Positions 28,827 through 36,487 of a stretch of DNA of 50,748 nucleotides are shown here, piece after piece (position 1 is the first letter of the stretch; each line of letters starts with the position of its first letter). The position numbers and the translations under genes are program-made. The stretch covers positions 1 to 50,748 of IMG/VR virus record IMGVR_UViG_3300030382_003949. One strand, given 5' to 3'. Origin of the DNA: a virus (lineage: Duplodnaviria > Caudoviricetes). The notes below the pieces were generated by a model. It was not told where the DNA came from. It did not search any database and saw only the letters and a list, made by a program, of their open reading frames with translations.

Positions 28827-29280
28827 TGTCCACTGGAAGAAAGGAATTGTTCCTTATCGCCTTGCCTCCGTTTATGGTTTCCTGAGTCTCGGTTTCCCAT
28901 GAATCAAATTTGAAGGCATAATTGCCCTCCTTGTCGGTGATCATCCAAGCCAGTATAGAATCGTCAGGTATGAGGTAAAGGAATCCGTAGAACCTGACCA
29001 TCATCATCTCCGACAGCATTTTTCCGAACTCTATTTTCTTGTGAGTTATCAGCCAAGAGCCGAAATTGTACAGTTGAGATACCGACATGTTTCGGCACTT
29101 GGATTCGAACACTCCGACCAGCTCGTTTCTTTTCACCATGATCCCGTCGCACTTTGCTGCAGATTTCTTGTCCGTTTCAAATATATCCACGTTCAGTTCG
29201 CGTTCTATTCTTTCAATCATTTTTCTTTCGTATTCGAGAGACTTCTGACCTCTTGGAGTGTTTATGTCTAGATTATTCAT
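28795..29280 (-). CDS. PD-(D/E)XK-family nuclease-like protein (161 aa)
   Basis: CDG...VFESKCR matches a D...ExK catalytic pattern. Confidence 0.65.
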   Translation of the reverse strand: MNNLDINTPRGQKSLEYERKMIERIERELNVDIFETDKKSAAKCDGIMVKRNELVGVFESKCRNMSVSQLYNFGSWLITHKKIEFGKMLSEMMMVRFYGFLYLIPDDSILAWMITDKEGNYAFKFDSWETETQETINGGKAIRNNSFLPVDNAMWIHDGRD

Positions 29281-29289
29281 AATGGTAGG

Positions 29290-29347
29290 GAGGCCATCGC
29301 CCTAGGAGCGGGGAGGAAAGGAGGTGTAAACCCCGCACGATGACCTC
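29290..29347 (-). ncRNA. Candidate hairpin small RNA with an anti-SD-like loop (copy 1)
   Basis: On the - strand, the outer stem GAGGUCAUCG/CGAUGGCCUC and inner stem GCGGGG/CCCCGC enclose the loop UUUACACCUCCUUUCCU. Confidence 0.5.
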
Positions 29348-29356
29348 ACAATTCTT

Positions 29357-29689
29357 TTAGGATTTCAAAGCCGATAGTAGTATTAAATATTTTTCGAGAG
29401 GTATTGAAACGTATGGTTCCATTCTGTCGGCACGAAAGATGACTCCGGTCTCTTCCTTCTCGGGCAATACCCATCTTGGAACGACCTTGCGTCTCTTGCA
29501 TCCATAATACAATCCTTCGATCTCGACGTCTCCCTTCTCATGTTGTGCTCCGCCTCTGTCCCTGTTGTAGGCTTCGAGTCCCACTTGAGTCGCTTCCTTT
29601 ACTGCCAGTCTCTGAAGTTCCGCCCCTCTTTGTCTGTTCCTCCGTCCCATTTTCTGGGATTTCGTGGTCAGTTTTCTTTTCATTTTCAT
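29357..29689 (-). CDS. Hjc-like Holliday junction resolvase / PD-(D/E)XK endonuclease (110 aa)
   Basis: RNRQRGAELQR...GDV...GCKRR...VIFRADR fits the Hjc-like resolvase pattern, with divergent catalytic residues. Confidence 0.55.
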   Translation of the reverse strand: MKMKRKLTTKSQKMGRRNRQRGAELQRLAVKEATQVGLEAYNRDRGGAQHEKGDVEIEGLYYGCKRRKVVPRWVLPEKEETGVIFRADRMEPYVSIPLEKYLILLSALKS

Positions 29690-29933
29690 ATTCCTTTTCT
29701 ATTAATTCCACAAACGATTCGATGTTGCCGTTGTACTCCATGTACTTCGCAAGAAGATTGAAGTTGGCGGCAAGTGACGTAGTCACTACTGTTCTGAGGT
29801 GATTTTCGATTGCTCCTATTGACTTCTCCAAAGACGAAACGGCTCTGCGAATGACGTCGATATCCGATATGACGTAATTCACTTTCTTGTCGATCTGTCT
29901 CGTGGTCGGTCTTTTTTCCTTTGTTTTTGCCAT
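29538..29933 (-). CDS. Hypothetical coiled-coil protein
   Basis: SD AGGAG upstream. The N-terminal roughly 85 aa look protein-like; the C-terminal tail overlaps the resolvase-like ORF. Confidence 0.55.
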   Translation of the reverse strand: MAKTKEKRPTTRQIDKKVNYVISDIDVIRRAVSSLEKSIGAIENHLRTVVTTSLAANFNLLAKYMEYNGNIESFVELIEKEYENEKKTDHEIPENGTEEQTKRGGTSETGSKGSDSSGTRSLQQGQRRSTT

Positions 29934-29946
29934 GAGGTTGTATCTC

Positions 29947-30213
29947 CTATTTTTTTGGCGAGTTGTAGTGTCCTACATACTCTATTTCTTCCGAATCTGA
30001 TTGGGCGTCGTTTGGAATCTCAACCTTTTTCGGTATTTGTACGCCGTTTTTCCTGATTTTTTCAATGTCTTTTCGGAGATTTTTTACCACTCCAATTTTT
30101 GAAGTTTTGTCGAAGAAGTAACTGCTGTTTTCCATCCACTCCAAAGCCTTTTCGATTATGCTCATTTCATTTTGAGATATCCATATTCCGTATTTGCCGA
30201 TTTCAGCTTTCAT
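29947..30213 (-). CDS. Hypothetical protein (88 aa)
   Basis: Packed ORF downstream of the helicase. Confidence 0.6.
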   Translation of the reverse strand: MKAEIGKYGIWISQNEMSIIEKALEWMENSSYFFDKTSKIGVVKNLRKDIEKIRKNGVQIPKKVEIPNDAQSDSEEIEYVGHYNSPKK

Positions 30214-31552
30214 TTTTCAATTCCTTTTTCTTTTTTTTGTTGAATCTTTTTATTTCGGACATGGCCTGTTCGGTACTGTTCAATATCATGCATCTGTCTC
30301 CAACCACTCCCAATAGTTTGCTCCCTGTTTTTCCGTACCTGTTCTTTCCGAGAACTACTTCTATTCCGTATTCGCCCGACATCGAGTCCTGATAATTGTA
30401 TCTCCAGTCGTAGTACATGAACAGTATCATTTCGGCATCCTGTTCGATGGAGCCAGAATCTCTCAAGTCCCTGAGTATCGGTCTTTTGTTCGATCTGTCT
30501 TCACATGCCCTATTGAGCTGGGACACCAGTATGGCAGCCATATCGTAAGTTTTGGCGGCCCGTTTGTACTGTTTCATGATGCTGTCCACCCTCAACCTGT
30601 TGTCTTCCACTCCTACCACGTCTATGAGACCTATGTAGTCGTCAACCACAACGTCGGGACGATGCTTTCTCACTTCTCTCATGGCTCGGTCTATGTCGAA
30701 AACGTCGTCGTACATTATGAGATTCTTGTATTTGTCGGCAATGATGTTTTTTACGGCCTCCAGCTCCTGAATGTCCTTGTCCTCGAAACTTCCCATTCTC
30801 ATCGTGTGATACGAAAGTGAATCGCTTTCGACTATTATGAGTTTCTTCATCATTTCCACGTTGGACATTTCACGATTGAAAACCAAAACCTTAAGCCCTT
30901 TGTTCAGAAGATTGCTGACTATATTTATGGTCATGGTGGACTTGAAGTGACCGGGTCTTCCCGCTATGACAGTTATCTCGCCTCTCGTCATTCCTCCTGT
31001 AAGGTCGTCTATAGGCTTGAATCCGAATGGAACCACGTGCTCGGTTGTCGTCATGTGTTTGGAAGTGTCTTCGAGAAGTTTGTCGAGATCAAAGTCTTTG
31101 CGGATACGCAGATTGAGTATGTCTTCTATTTCACGATTCAGTCTCTGCAGGGCCGTATGGGCTCCGTCTCCGTCCATATCCATCACTTTCTCTATTCTTC
31201 TAGATTTGTCTATGACCTTTCTTAGCAGCCATTTTTCGTAGACCAACTTCGCATAATGTTCGGCGTTTGCCGTAGTGGCAACTTCCTGAATCAGTCCCGT
31301 GAGATAATATCCGGGCGATTCCAAAGTCGTGTTCTTCGGCATCTGAGACAAAATGGTTATCGGGTCTATAACCGACGATCCTTCCCTGTGAAGATCGAGT
31401 ATGCATTTCCATATCTGTTGATGTGCCGAGTCGTAGAAAACCTTCTCTTCAGGAATATACTGAGATATTTGATCAATTACGGCGTTGTCGGTCATTGATT
31501 GACCGAGTATGAGACGCTCGGCCTCTAAGCTATGTGGAGAAAGACTGTTCAT
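30203..31552 (-). CDS. dnaB: Replicative DNA helicase, DnaB family (449 aa)
   Basis: N-terminal PHSLEAERLILG, Walker A AGRPGHFKS, VVVDDYIGL, SQLNR, and RPILRDLRDSGSIEQDA. Confidence 0.95.
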   Translation of the reverse strand: MNSLSPHSLEAERLILGQSMTDNAVIDQISQYIPEEKVFYDSAHQQIWKCILDLHREGSSVIDPITILSQMPKNTTLESPGYYLTGLIQEVATTANAEHYAKLVYEKWLLRKVIDKSRRIEKVMDMDGDGAHTALQRLNREIEDILNLRIRKDFDLDKLLEDTSKHMTTTEHVVPFGFKPIDDLTGGMTRGEITVIAGRPGHFKSTMTINIVSNLLNKGLKVLVFNREMSNVEMMKKLIIVESDSLSYHTMRMGSFEDKDIQELEAVKNIIADKYKNLIMYDDVFDIDRAMREVRKHRPDVVVDDYIGLIDVVGVEDNRLRVDSIMKQYKRAAKTYDMAAILVSQLNRACEDRSNKRPILRDLRDSGSIEQDAEMILFMYYDWRYNYQDSMSGEYGIEVVLGKNRYGKTGSKLLGVVGDRCMILNSTEQAMSEIKRFNKKKKKELKNES

Positions 31553-31794
31553 TTCTTGGACTCCCCGTCAACTGCATAGACATACTTTTCTCCATCGATT
31601 TCAACAACTTTTATCTTATCAACATATCTCGTCGGCATATTTCTCTCAAAATCCAAATTTGAACTTAATACAAGTTTTCTCAAGTGTTTCAACCTTATCG
31701 GATTGTTTTCATATCTGAGGACTTTATACACGCTGTCGTAATAGTAACTGCTAAACATCCCCGGAGATGTCCATCTCCCTGACCAGTTTTGCAA
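31549..31794 (-). CDS. Hypothetical protein (true start may be the internal Met of MFSSY)
   Basis: Packed ORF coupled to the helicase gene. Confidence 0.5.
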   Translation of the reverse strand: MQNWSGRWTSPGMFSSYYYDSVYKVLRYENNPIRLKHLRKLVLSSNLDFERNMPTRYVDKIKVVEIDGEKYVYAVDGESKK

Positions 31795-32242
31795 CAGGTA
31801 TCTTATGGTATCCGTTTGAATCGTTCCACTCCTCTTTATATACGTTTACGATGACTCTCTTTCCTTCTATCATATCCAAAGAAATTAAAGGCAGGAGGTA
31901 TCTTATTTTACCATTTATTTCCTTTTTATTCAAGGAAATTCCGAGATTTTCGAGGAACTTTTTGTAGTGAATGTTGCTGTTTCTCGATCCTGCGTCATAG
32001 TATCTGAACAGTCCTCTGTCCCTTAGGATGCGTCCTTCGAAATCAGGCCCGTTTATTCTATATCGAGGCCAGAACAAATCGCATACTCCACCGCTCTTGG
32101 TGGTTTTCTTTATTCTTTTTCGAAGCCCTATTATAGTTGCTTCGTAGGTTCCCGGCGTTATATTGGATTCTATGCCGCTTTCTTCGTAGAATACCCCGCC
32201 ATCGTCTTCAACGTCCTTGACGAGGTCTTTTATGCCTGCCAT
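31751..32242 (-). CDS. Putative ssDNA-binding/OB-fold protein (DUF669-like, 163 aa)
   Basis: ITPGTYEATII...GPDFEGRILRD...IEGKRVIVNVYKEEW pattern; adjacent to the annealing-protein gene. Confidence 0.5.
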   Translation of the reverse strand: MAGIKDLVKDVEDDGGVFYEESGIESNITPGTYEATIIGLRKRIKKTTKSGGVCDLFWPRYRINGPDFEGRILRDRGLFRYYDAGSRNSNIHYKKFLENLGISLNKKEINGKIRYLLPLISLDMIEGKRVIVNVYKEEWNDSNGYHKIPVAKLVREMDISGDV

Positions 32243-32838
32243 CAGGTCTTGATGACGTAGGAGTCTTTAAGGTCTTGTATGCGGTTAAGGGCCTTCTTGT
32301 AGTTTTTCGAGTTCAAGGTGCCGTCTTCCATATAACCTCTTATGGAGGCCTCGTCTTTTTCGTTGAGTCCCTTGATGGCTCCGCTGATTTCCTTCTTCCA
32401 CACTCCGTTCTTGTTCTTTTCGAGAGAGTTTACGTATTTGTTGTCGTCGAACTTGCCCATGAACACGTCGGCATTGAATCCGATCTTACTCAGCCCTTTC
32501 GTAAGGGCATCTGTGCTTACTTTTTTGGAAAAGTCGTCATCGACTCGGTTGTTGTGGTGATATCTGATGGAGCTGTTGATGGGCAGAGTTCCGTCGTTTC
32601 CGTCGTATTTGTACCAGAGGGTGGCTTGGTACAGGGAAAGCCCAACTTCTTCCATTATGGTAAAATTTTCATCGGAAACTCCCCATCCTATGCCGAAAGG
32701 CCCGAACGTTTCAGTTGCCGTTTTGATTTGGTATTGGGCTCCTATTGCCGTGAACCCTCCACGCTGATTTACTTTTGTCGTGAATTCGGGGTCGGTGGTT
32801 TCAACCGAGCTCCACAAATCCATGTTCTTTTTAGCCAT
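32242..32838 (-). CDS. Rad52/Sak-like single-strand annealing protein (198 aa)
   Basis: TAIGAQYQIKTATETFGPFGIGWG...DDDFSKKVSTDALTKGLSKIGFNADVFMG matches the Rad52-like fold signature. Confidence 0.7.
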   Translation of the reverse strand: MAKKNMDLWSSVETTDPEFTTKVNQRGGFTAIGAQYQIKTATETFGPFGIGWGVSDENFTIMEEVGLSLYQATLWYKYDGNDGTLPINSSIRYHHNNRVDDDFSKKVSTDALTKGLSKIGFNADVFMGKFDDNKYVNSLEKNKNGVWKKEISGAIKGLNEKDEASIRGYMEDGTLNSKNYKKALNRIQDLKDSYVIKT

Positions 32839-32881
32839 TGTAGGCCTCCTTTGTTTGTTAAATTGGCGTATTGATGGATTT

Positions 32882-33049
32882 TTACACTTCGTCCATATCC
32901 ACTAAAGACCGATGCATCTCGTCGACTTTTTTTTCGACTCGCGTAAGCCTTAGTATTGTGCTGATCGTGAGAAACATGATCAGAACCATCGTAAATTCCC
33001 AATAGGGAAAGTATTCGCTCGAGAAAAGAGCTTCCCAATAATATCTCAT
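32882..33049 (-). CDS. Small membrane protein (55 aa, not in the ORF track)
   Basis: SD AAGGAG; MRYYWEALFSSEYFPYWEFTMVLIMFLTISTILRLTRVEKKVDEMHRSLVDMDEV has one TM segment and a short coiled coil. Confidence 0.7.
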   Translation of the reverse strand: MRYYWEALFSSEYFPYWEFTMVLIMFLTISTILRLTRVEKKVDEMHRSLVDMDEV

Positions 33050-33082
33050 TCTTGTACTCCTTGTTTTACTTTGTTGGTAATC

Positions 33083-33376
33083 TTACTCGTTGATGGCATC
33101 CCAGAACTTCTTCAGTTGAACAAGTCTTTTTCTATCATGTTCAACCAGTTTTTCGTCTTCTTGCATCTTATCTTTTTTCCGTTCTCTATCATTTTTTGTG
33201 TGAGCACTCAATGCCTGATTTGCAATCCTCTTCATAGCGGTTTTACTTCCTTCCGACAATGAAATCTTTCTCAATGCCTCCAAGTATATCTGCATGTGAT
33301 TTTCAAGATCGAGAAGCATCTCGTTTATGATGCCGTCCACCCTCAACCTGTTGGTCGTAATTTTTTTATCGTTCAT
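33083..33376 (-). CDS. Hypothetical helical protein (97 aa)
   Basis: SD AAGGAG. Confidence 0.65.
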   Translation of the reverse strand: MNDKKITTNRLRVDGIINEMLLDLENHMQIYLEALRKISLSEGSKTAMKRIANQALSAHTKNDRERKKDKMQEDEKLVEHDRKRLVQLKKFWDAINE

Positions 33377-33405
33377 CAGTTATGATCTCCTTTATTTTTT
33401 TAACG

Positions 33406-33489
33406 TAGGGGCATGGCAGCATCCTCCAAGCCAACCACACATTTTCAACAGTCATCCCGTTAAAAAGAAGTCTTGCACTTTTGCCCCTA
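33406..33489 (-). promoter_or_regulatory. GC-clamped intergenic stem structure
   Basis: TAGGGGCA (33406-33413) and TGCCCCTA (33482-33489) enclose about 70 nt. Confidence 0.45.
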
Positions 33490-34272
33490 ACCATTCAATC
33501 CTCCACCGCAAGGTTCATAGAAGTTGCAGTATTTATCGTTGCATTCCCATTTGTAGACGGGAGATATTCCGAGATTCACGTCCGGAATGTTGCCGTCCTT
33601 AACAAGTTCGTTTACAGTTGTCCAATATATCATAGCTTCATCTATGAATTCTTCACCAATATCCACTTCTTTCATCTTTGAATTGTCTTTGTTGTAGTAG
33701 CATATTTTCATGGATATGCTTTCAAGTTCGTAAAATCTTTTGGCCCATAGCCCGTAGGTGGCAAGTTGTGTAAAGTAATTCGTTGATGGGTTTGGATCGG
33801 GATACCTGCCAAACATTTTCTTCCACTTGAATGAATTGCATGTCTTTATGTCATAGAGAACGTGATCGTCTCCTTCAGCATCGAGTAGAGCCAAGTCGAT
33901 AAAGCCACGGACGTTTAAATCTTCAAGGTATATTTCTTTTTCTATCAGCAATGGGAGTCCATATTGCACGGCGTGGTCGGTAACGGCCTTCTGTACGTCT
34001 TCATGAACGAGATTTCCGAGCCTGAACAATCTTCTGGTGGTTTCATCGACTGGCTTTCTTTCGGAAGCATCTATCCGTGTACTGAAGTAATGCTTTCTCG
34101 CACATAAACCGGCCACACTGCTGTGAAACCAAGAATTGTCCTTGTACCGTGAGGCGACGTGTTTTTCGTCCAAGCCGACAAGGTACTGATTATATATTGA
34201 GCTGAGTTTGTTTTCCGTTTCCATTTCCACCTTTTTGATCCTTTCGGATATACGGAAATTACTTAAATTCAT
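33487..34272 (-). CDS. Cas4-like PD-(D/E)XK exonuclease with Fe-S cluster cysteines (start possibly 34224)
   Basis: N-terminal CARK, GNLVHE, RGFID...YDIKT, QLATY, and C-terminal CxxxxCxxxxxC. No CRISPR array nearby. Confidence 0.85.
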   Translation of the reverse strand: MNLSNFRISERIKKVEMETENKLSSIYNQYLVGLDEKHVASRYKDNSWFHSSVAGLCARKHYFSTRIDASERKPVDETTRRLFRLGNLVHEDVQKAVTDHAVQYGLPLLIEKEIYLEDLNVRGFIDLALLDAEGDDHVLYDIKTCNSFKWKKMFGRYPDPNPSTNYFTQLATYGLWAKRFYELESISMKICYYNKDNSKMKEVDIGEEFIDEAMIYWTTVNELVKDGNIPDVNLGISPVYKWECNDKYCNFYEPCGGGLNG

Positions 34273-34317
34273 TAAGTTTCAAAAACCTTTTTTTTAAAAT
34301 ATTTATTTTTTTTGGGT

Positions 34318-34382
34318 AATATATATATAATATAATATATATATCATATATGGCTATAGCCTTGCAAGGCCATAGCCATATA
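34318..34382. repeat. A/T-only tract plus a 36-bp near-perfect palindrome; candidate replication origin
   Basis: TATATGGCTATAGCCTTGCAAGGCCATAGCCATATA (34347-34382) has one mismatched pair and is preceded by an (AT)n tract. Confidence 0.6.
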
Positions 34383-34408
34383 CTGCCCTCTTTAAAGAGA
34401 ACTTACTA

Positions 34409-35197
34409 TTACCAGAATCTTAATTTATTTGAGGTTCTGGTATTGTAGACATCCTCTATTTGACGAAGATATTCGCCTTTGTTGCTTGCCTTTTTTATCG
34501 TACTCCCGAGATACTCCATTTTACTCTTCATGCGATTATGATCGTAATCAGAGTGTTTGAAGCAATCCATAAGAGCCAGTACGAAGTATCTGTCCGAACA
34601 ACGTTCGCACGACTCTTTGAGAGATTCCAGCATTTCCGCCTTTTCCGTAGCTTCCTTCAGGTTGTTTATCTTCATTTCTCCGGTCTTGAACAGGTAGTAC
34701 ATAGAGCCTCCCCATCCATCGAAGAAAATGGCAAACGCCGTCGAGAAGTTCAGGTCGTATTTCTTCATAAATCCGGCAAAAATCCTATAATCGTGAATAC
34801 CTGATTCTACCCAAGCATTCAAAAAATCATAGGCATTCCACTTGTCCTGCGAATTGTTCAGCTTTGCCACGGTTGATATGTCTATATCTTGCGTAGTATT
34901 ATACTGAATGGGGATGCCGAGTTCCGAGCACGCAATATATCGGTGCTGTCCGTCGAGTATCTCCATGTCGCCGTTGACGAGAATCGGATAAAACCTCGTA
35001 AGGTCTTTTTGCCGTATGGATTTACGGAGTCTTACAACTTTGCTTCGGCTGATTGGTCTGTTCCCCTTGAAAAAAGAGAACTGCGTATAGTTTTTAGTGG
35101 AAAACTGCTCCACTTCTTGAACTTTACGAGAGCCGATTGCAGCAGTGTCTATGATGGTTCCTCCATTTGTTGTGGAGGTCGTAGTTTCTCTGCTCAT
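34409..35197 (-). CDS. ParB-like N-terminal domain protein (262 aa)
   Basis: GNRPISRSKVVRLRKSI...PILVN...ILDGQHRYIAC. Confidence 0.85.
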   Translation of the reverse strand: MSRETTTSTTNGGTIIDTAAIGSRKVQEVEQFSTKNYTQFSFFKGNRPISRSKVVRLRKSIRQKDLTRFYPILVNGDMEILDGQHRYIACSELGIPIQYNTTQDIDISTVAKLNNSQDKWNAYDFLNAWVESGIHDYRIFAGFMKKYDLNFSTAFAIFFDGWGGSMYYLFKTGEMKINNLKEATEKAEMLESLKESCERCSDRYFVLALMDCFKHSDYDHNRMKSKMEYLGSTIKKASNKGEYLRQIEDVYNTRTSNKLRFW

Positions 35198-35222
35198 TTG
35201 CTACTCCTTTTGTTGTGTAAAT

Positions 35223-35519
35223 CTAATCCGCAGTGAAAATTTGCATAACGCCGTCACTTGAACCAGTTTTACGTTTTCTGTAATCAAGAACATTCTCCTT
35301 GAATGTCTTGCCTTTGTCCATAATTTCTTCGATTTCATCGGCATATTCGTATTCGTCCTTGTCGTATCCATATCCTTTACAGCATTCTCCACAGTATGCG
35401 TAACCACCTATGATCACGCCTCCGTTTACTTCATCCCCATAAGGGCCGTTGCATCCGTCGCAGAAGACGCTGTCGCCTAAATTACAGACCTTTTTAAGTT
35501 TAAAATCTTTAAAGTTCAC
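35223..35519 (-). CDS. Cys-rich hypothetical protein (98 aa)
   Basis: CDGC...CGEC; SD GGAGG. Confidence 0.65.
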   Translation of the reverse strand: MNFKDFKLKKVCNLGDSVFCDGCNGPYGDEVNGGVIIGGYAYCGECCKGYGYDKDEYEYADEIEEIMDKGKTFKENVLDYRKRKTGSSDGVMQIFTAD

Positions 35520-35724
35520 GCTTAATTATTTCCTCCGATCTTGCATAAATTACCCAAGCCAAGTATTCGTGATGTATTCCTTTTTTTTTCAAATCATCAG
35601 AAATCTCCGTAAAGTAAGACTTTAAGCTTGATAACCTATCTTCATTCTTATTTGTTTTTAGAATTTTGATGACTTTTTTTATTTGACTGTCGCTCAAAAT
35701 TTCCGATAGTTTTATTTGCAGCAT
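35509..35724 (-). CDS. Hypothetical protein (71 aa)
   Basis: SD AAGGA; packed ORF. Confidence 0.6.
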   Translation of the reverse strand: MLQIKLSEILSDSQIKKVIKILKTNKNEDRLSSLKSYFTEISDDLKKKGIHHEYLAWVIYARSEEIIKREL

Positions 35725-35744
35725 GATTTACTTTCCTTTTATTT

Positions 35745-35862
35745 TATTTGGGCAGTGAGAGCAATGCTACGTTATGCAGCCTCATGTTATATCCGATCTC
35801 TCTTGTACTTCAATTTCAGACATGGAAGGCACGTGTACTTTATTAAGCCATCTGCCCAAATA
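35745..35862 (-). promoter_or_regulatory. GC-clamped intergenic stem structure
   Basis: TATTTGGGCAG (35745-35755) and CTGCCCAAATA (35852-35862) form a perfect 11-bp inverted repeat around about 96 nt. Confidence 0.5.
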
Positions 35863-35872
35863 ACATTCATTT

Positions 35873-35924
35873 AGAGGGGTTGGGAGCGGGAGGAAAAGAG
35901 ACGAAACCCACTCCCCAAGCTCTG
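35873..35924 (-). ncRNA. Candidate hairpin small RNA with a pyrimidine-rich loop (copy 2)
   Basis: On the - strand, GGGAGUGGG/CCCGCUCCC encloses UUUCGUCUCUUUUCCU; homologous to 29290-29347. Confidence 0.5.
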
Positions 35925-35929
35925 TATTT

Positions 35930-36466
35930 TTAAGCTTCTCCCCTCGATTTTTTGTCCCATTCGAGGCGACTGAGCTCTGATGTCATCTCTTCGTCCAGCT
36001 CTACTTCTTTCGAATCTCTTTCGGAATACCCCATTTCGCTGAGGTCTACAAACGATGTGAACAATGTTCTGATAAGAGCCGTTTTTTGCTCTCCCACATC
36101 CGCACTCACTCCGATTCCAAGCTTTTCTTCTCTTTTTTCCGAACCCCATTCGGCAAGAATTTTTATCTCGCCTTCATCGAGCCCCAGCATTTCAGAGACC
36201 TTGTGAATTCCATTTATAAGAATGGACACTATCGTCATTCTTCGAGCCATTTCTTTTTCGTTTGAGGCATCATCATCCCATATGCCGGGTCTTTCGGAAA
36301 AATATTTCACAAATGCATCATATTTCTCCTCAGTGCTTTTAAAATTGCTTGAAATTAATTCGCAATCTACGGCCATAGACAAGGCATTCATCCTGTTTAC
36401 GCTCTCAGTTTGGGATTCGCCCAACTTTGCATCGCAAGGAGTGATGAATTTTCGTTTTTTAACCAT
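35930..36466 (-). CDS. Hypothetical helical protein (178 aa)
   Basis: SD AAGGAG, immediately downstream of the VWA gene. Confidence 0.7.
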   Translation of the reverse strand: MVKKRKFITPCDAKLGESQTESVNRMNALSMAVDCELISSNFKSTEEKYDAFVKYFSERPGIWDDDASNEKEMARRMTIVSILINGIHKVSEMLGLDEGEIKILAEWGSEKREEKLGIGVSADVGEQKTALIRTLFTSFVDLSEMGYSERDSKEVELDEEMTSELSRLEWDKKSRGEA

Positions 36467-36487
36467 TTTGTGCTCTCCTTTTTTCGG

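Noticed and set aside
32275-32874. 199-aa + strand ORF and other long antisense ORFs (e.g. 44938-45696, 45754-46260, 47880-48401, 40551-41042)
   Set aside because: They are shadows of well-supported genes on the opposite strand, with no SD or recognisable motifs.
32769-33038. 89-aa - strand ORF from the track
   Set aside because: A different frame (32882-33049) has an ATG, an SD and a coherent membrane-protein pattern, and does not overlap the next gene.
33487-34272. Cas4-like gene as part of a CRISPR-Cas system
   Set aside because: No repeat-spacer array or other cas genes were seen; solo Cas4-like nucleases are common in phage recombination modules.
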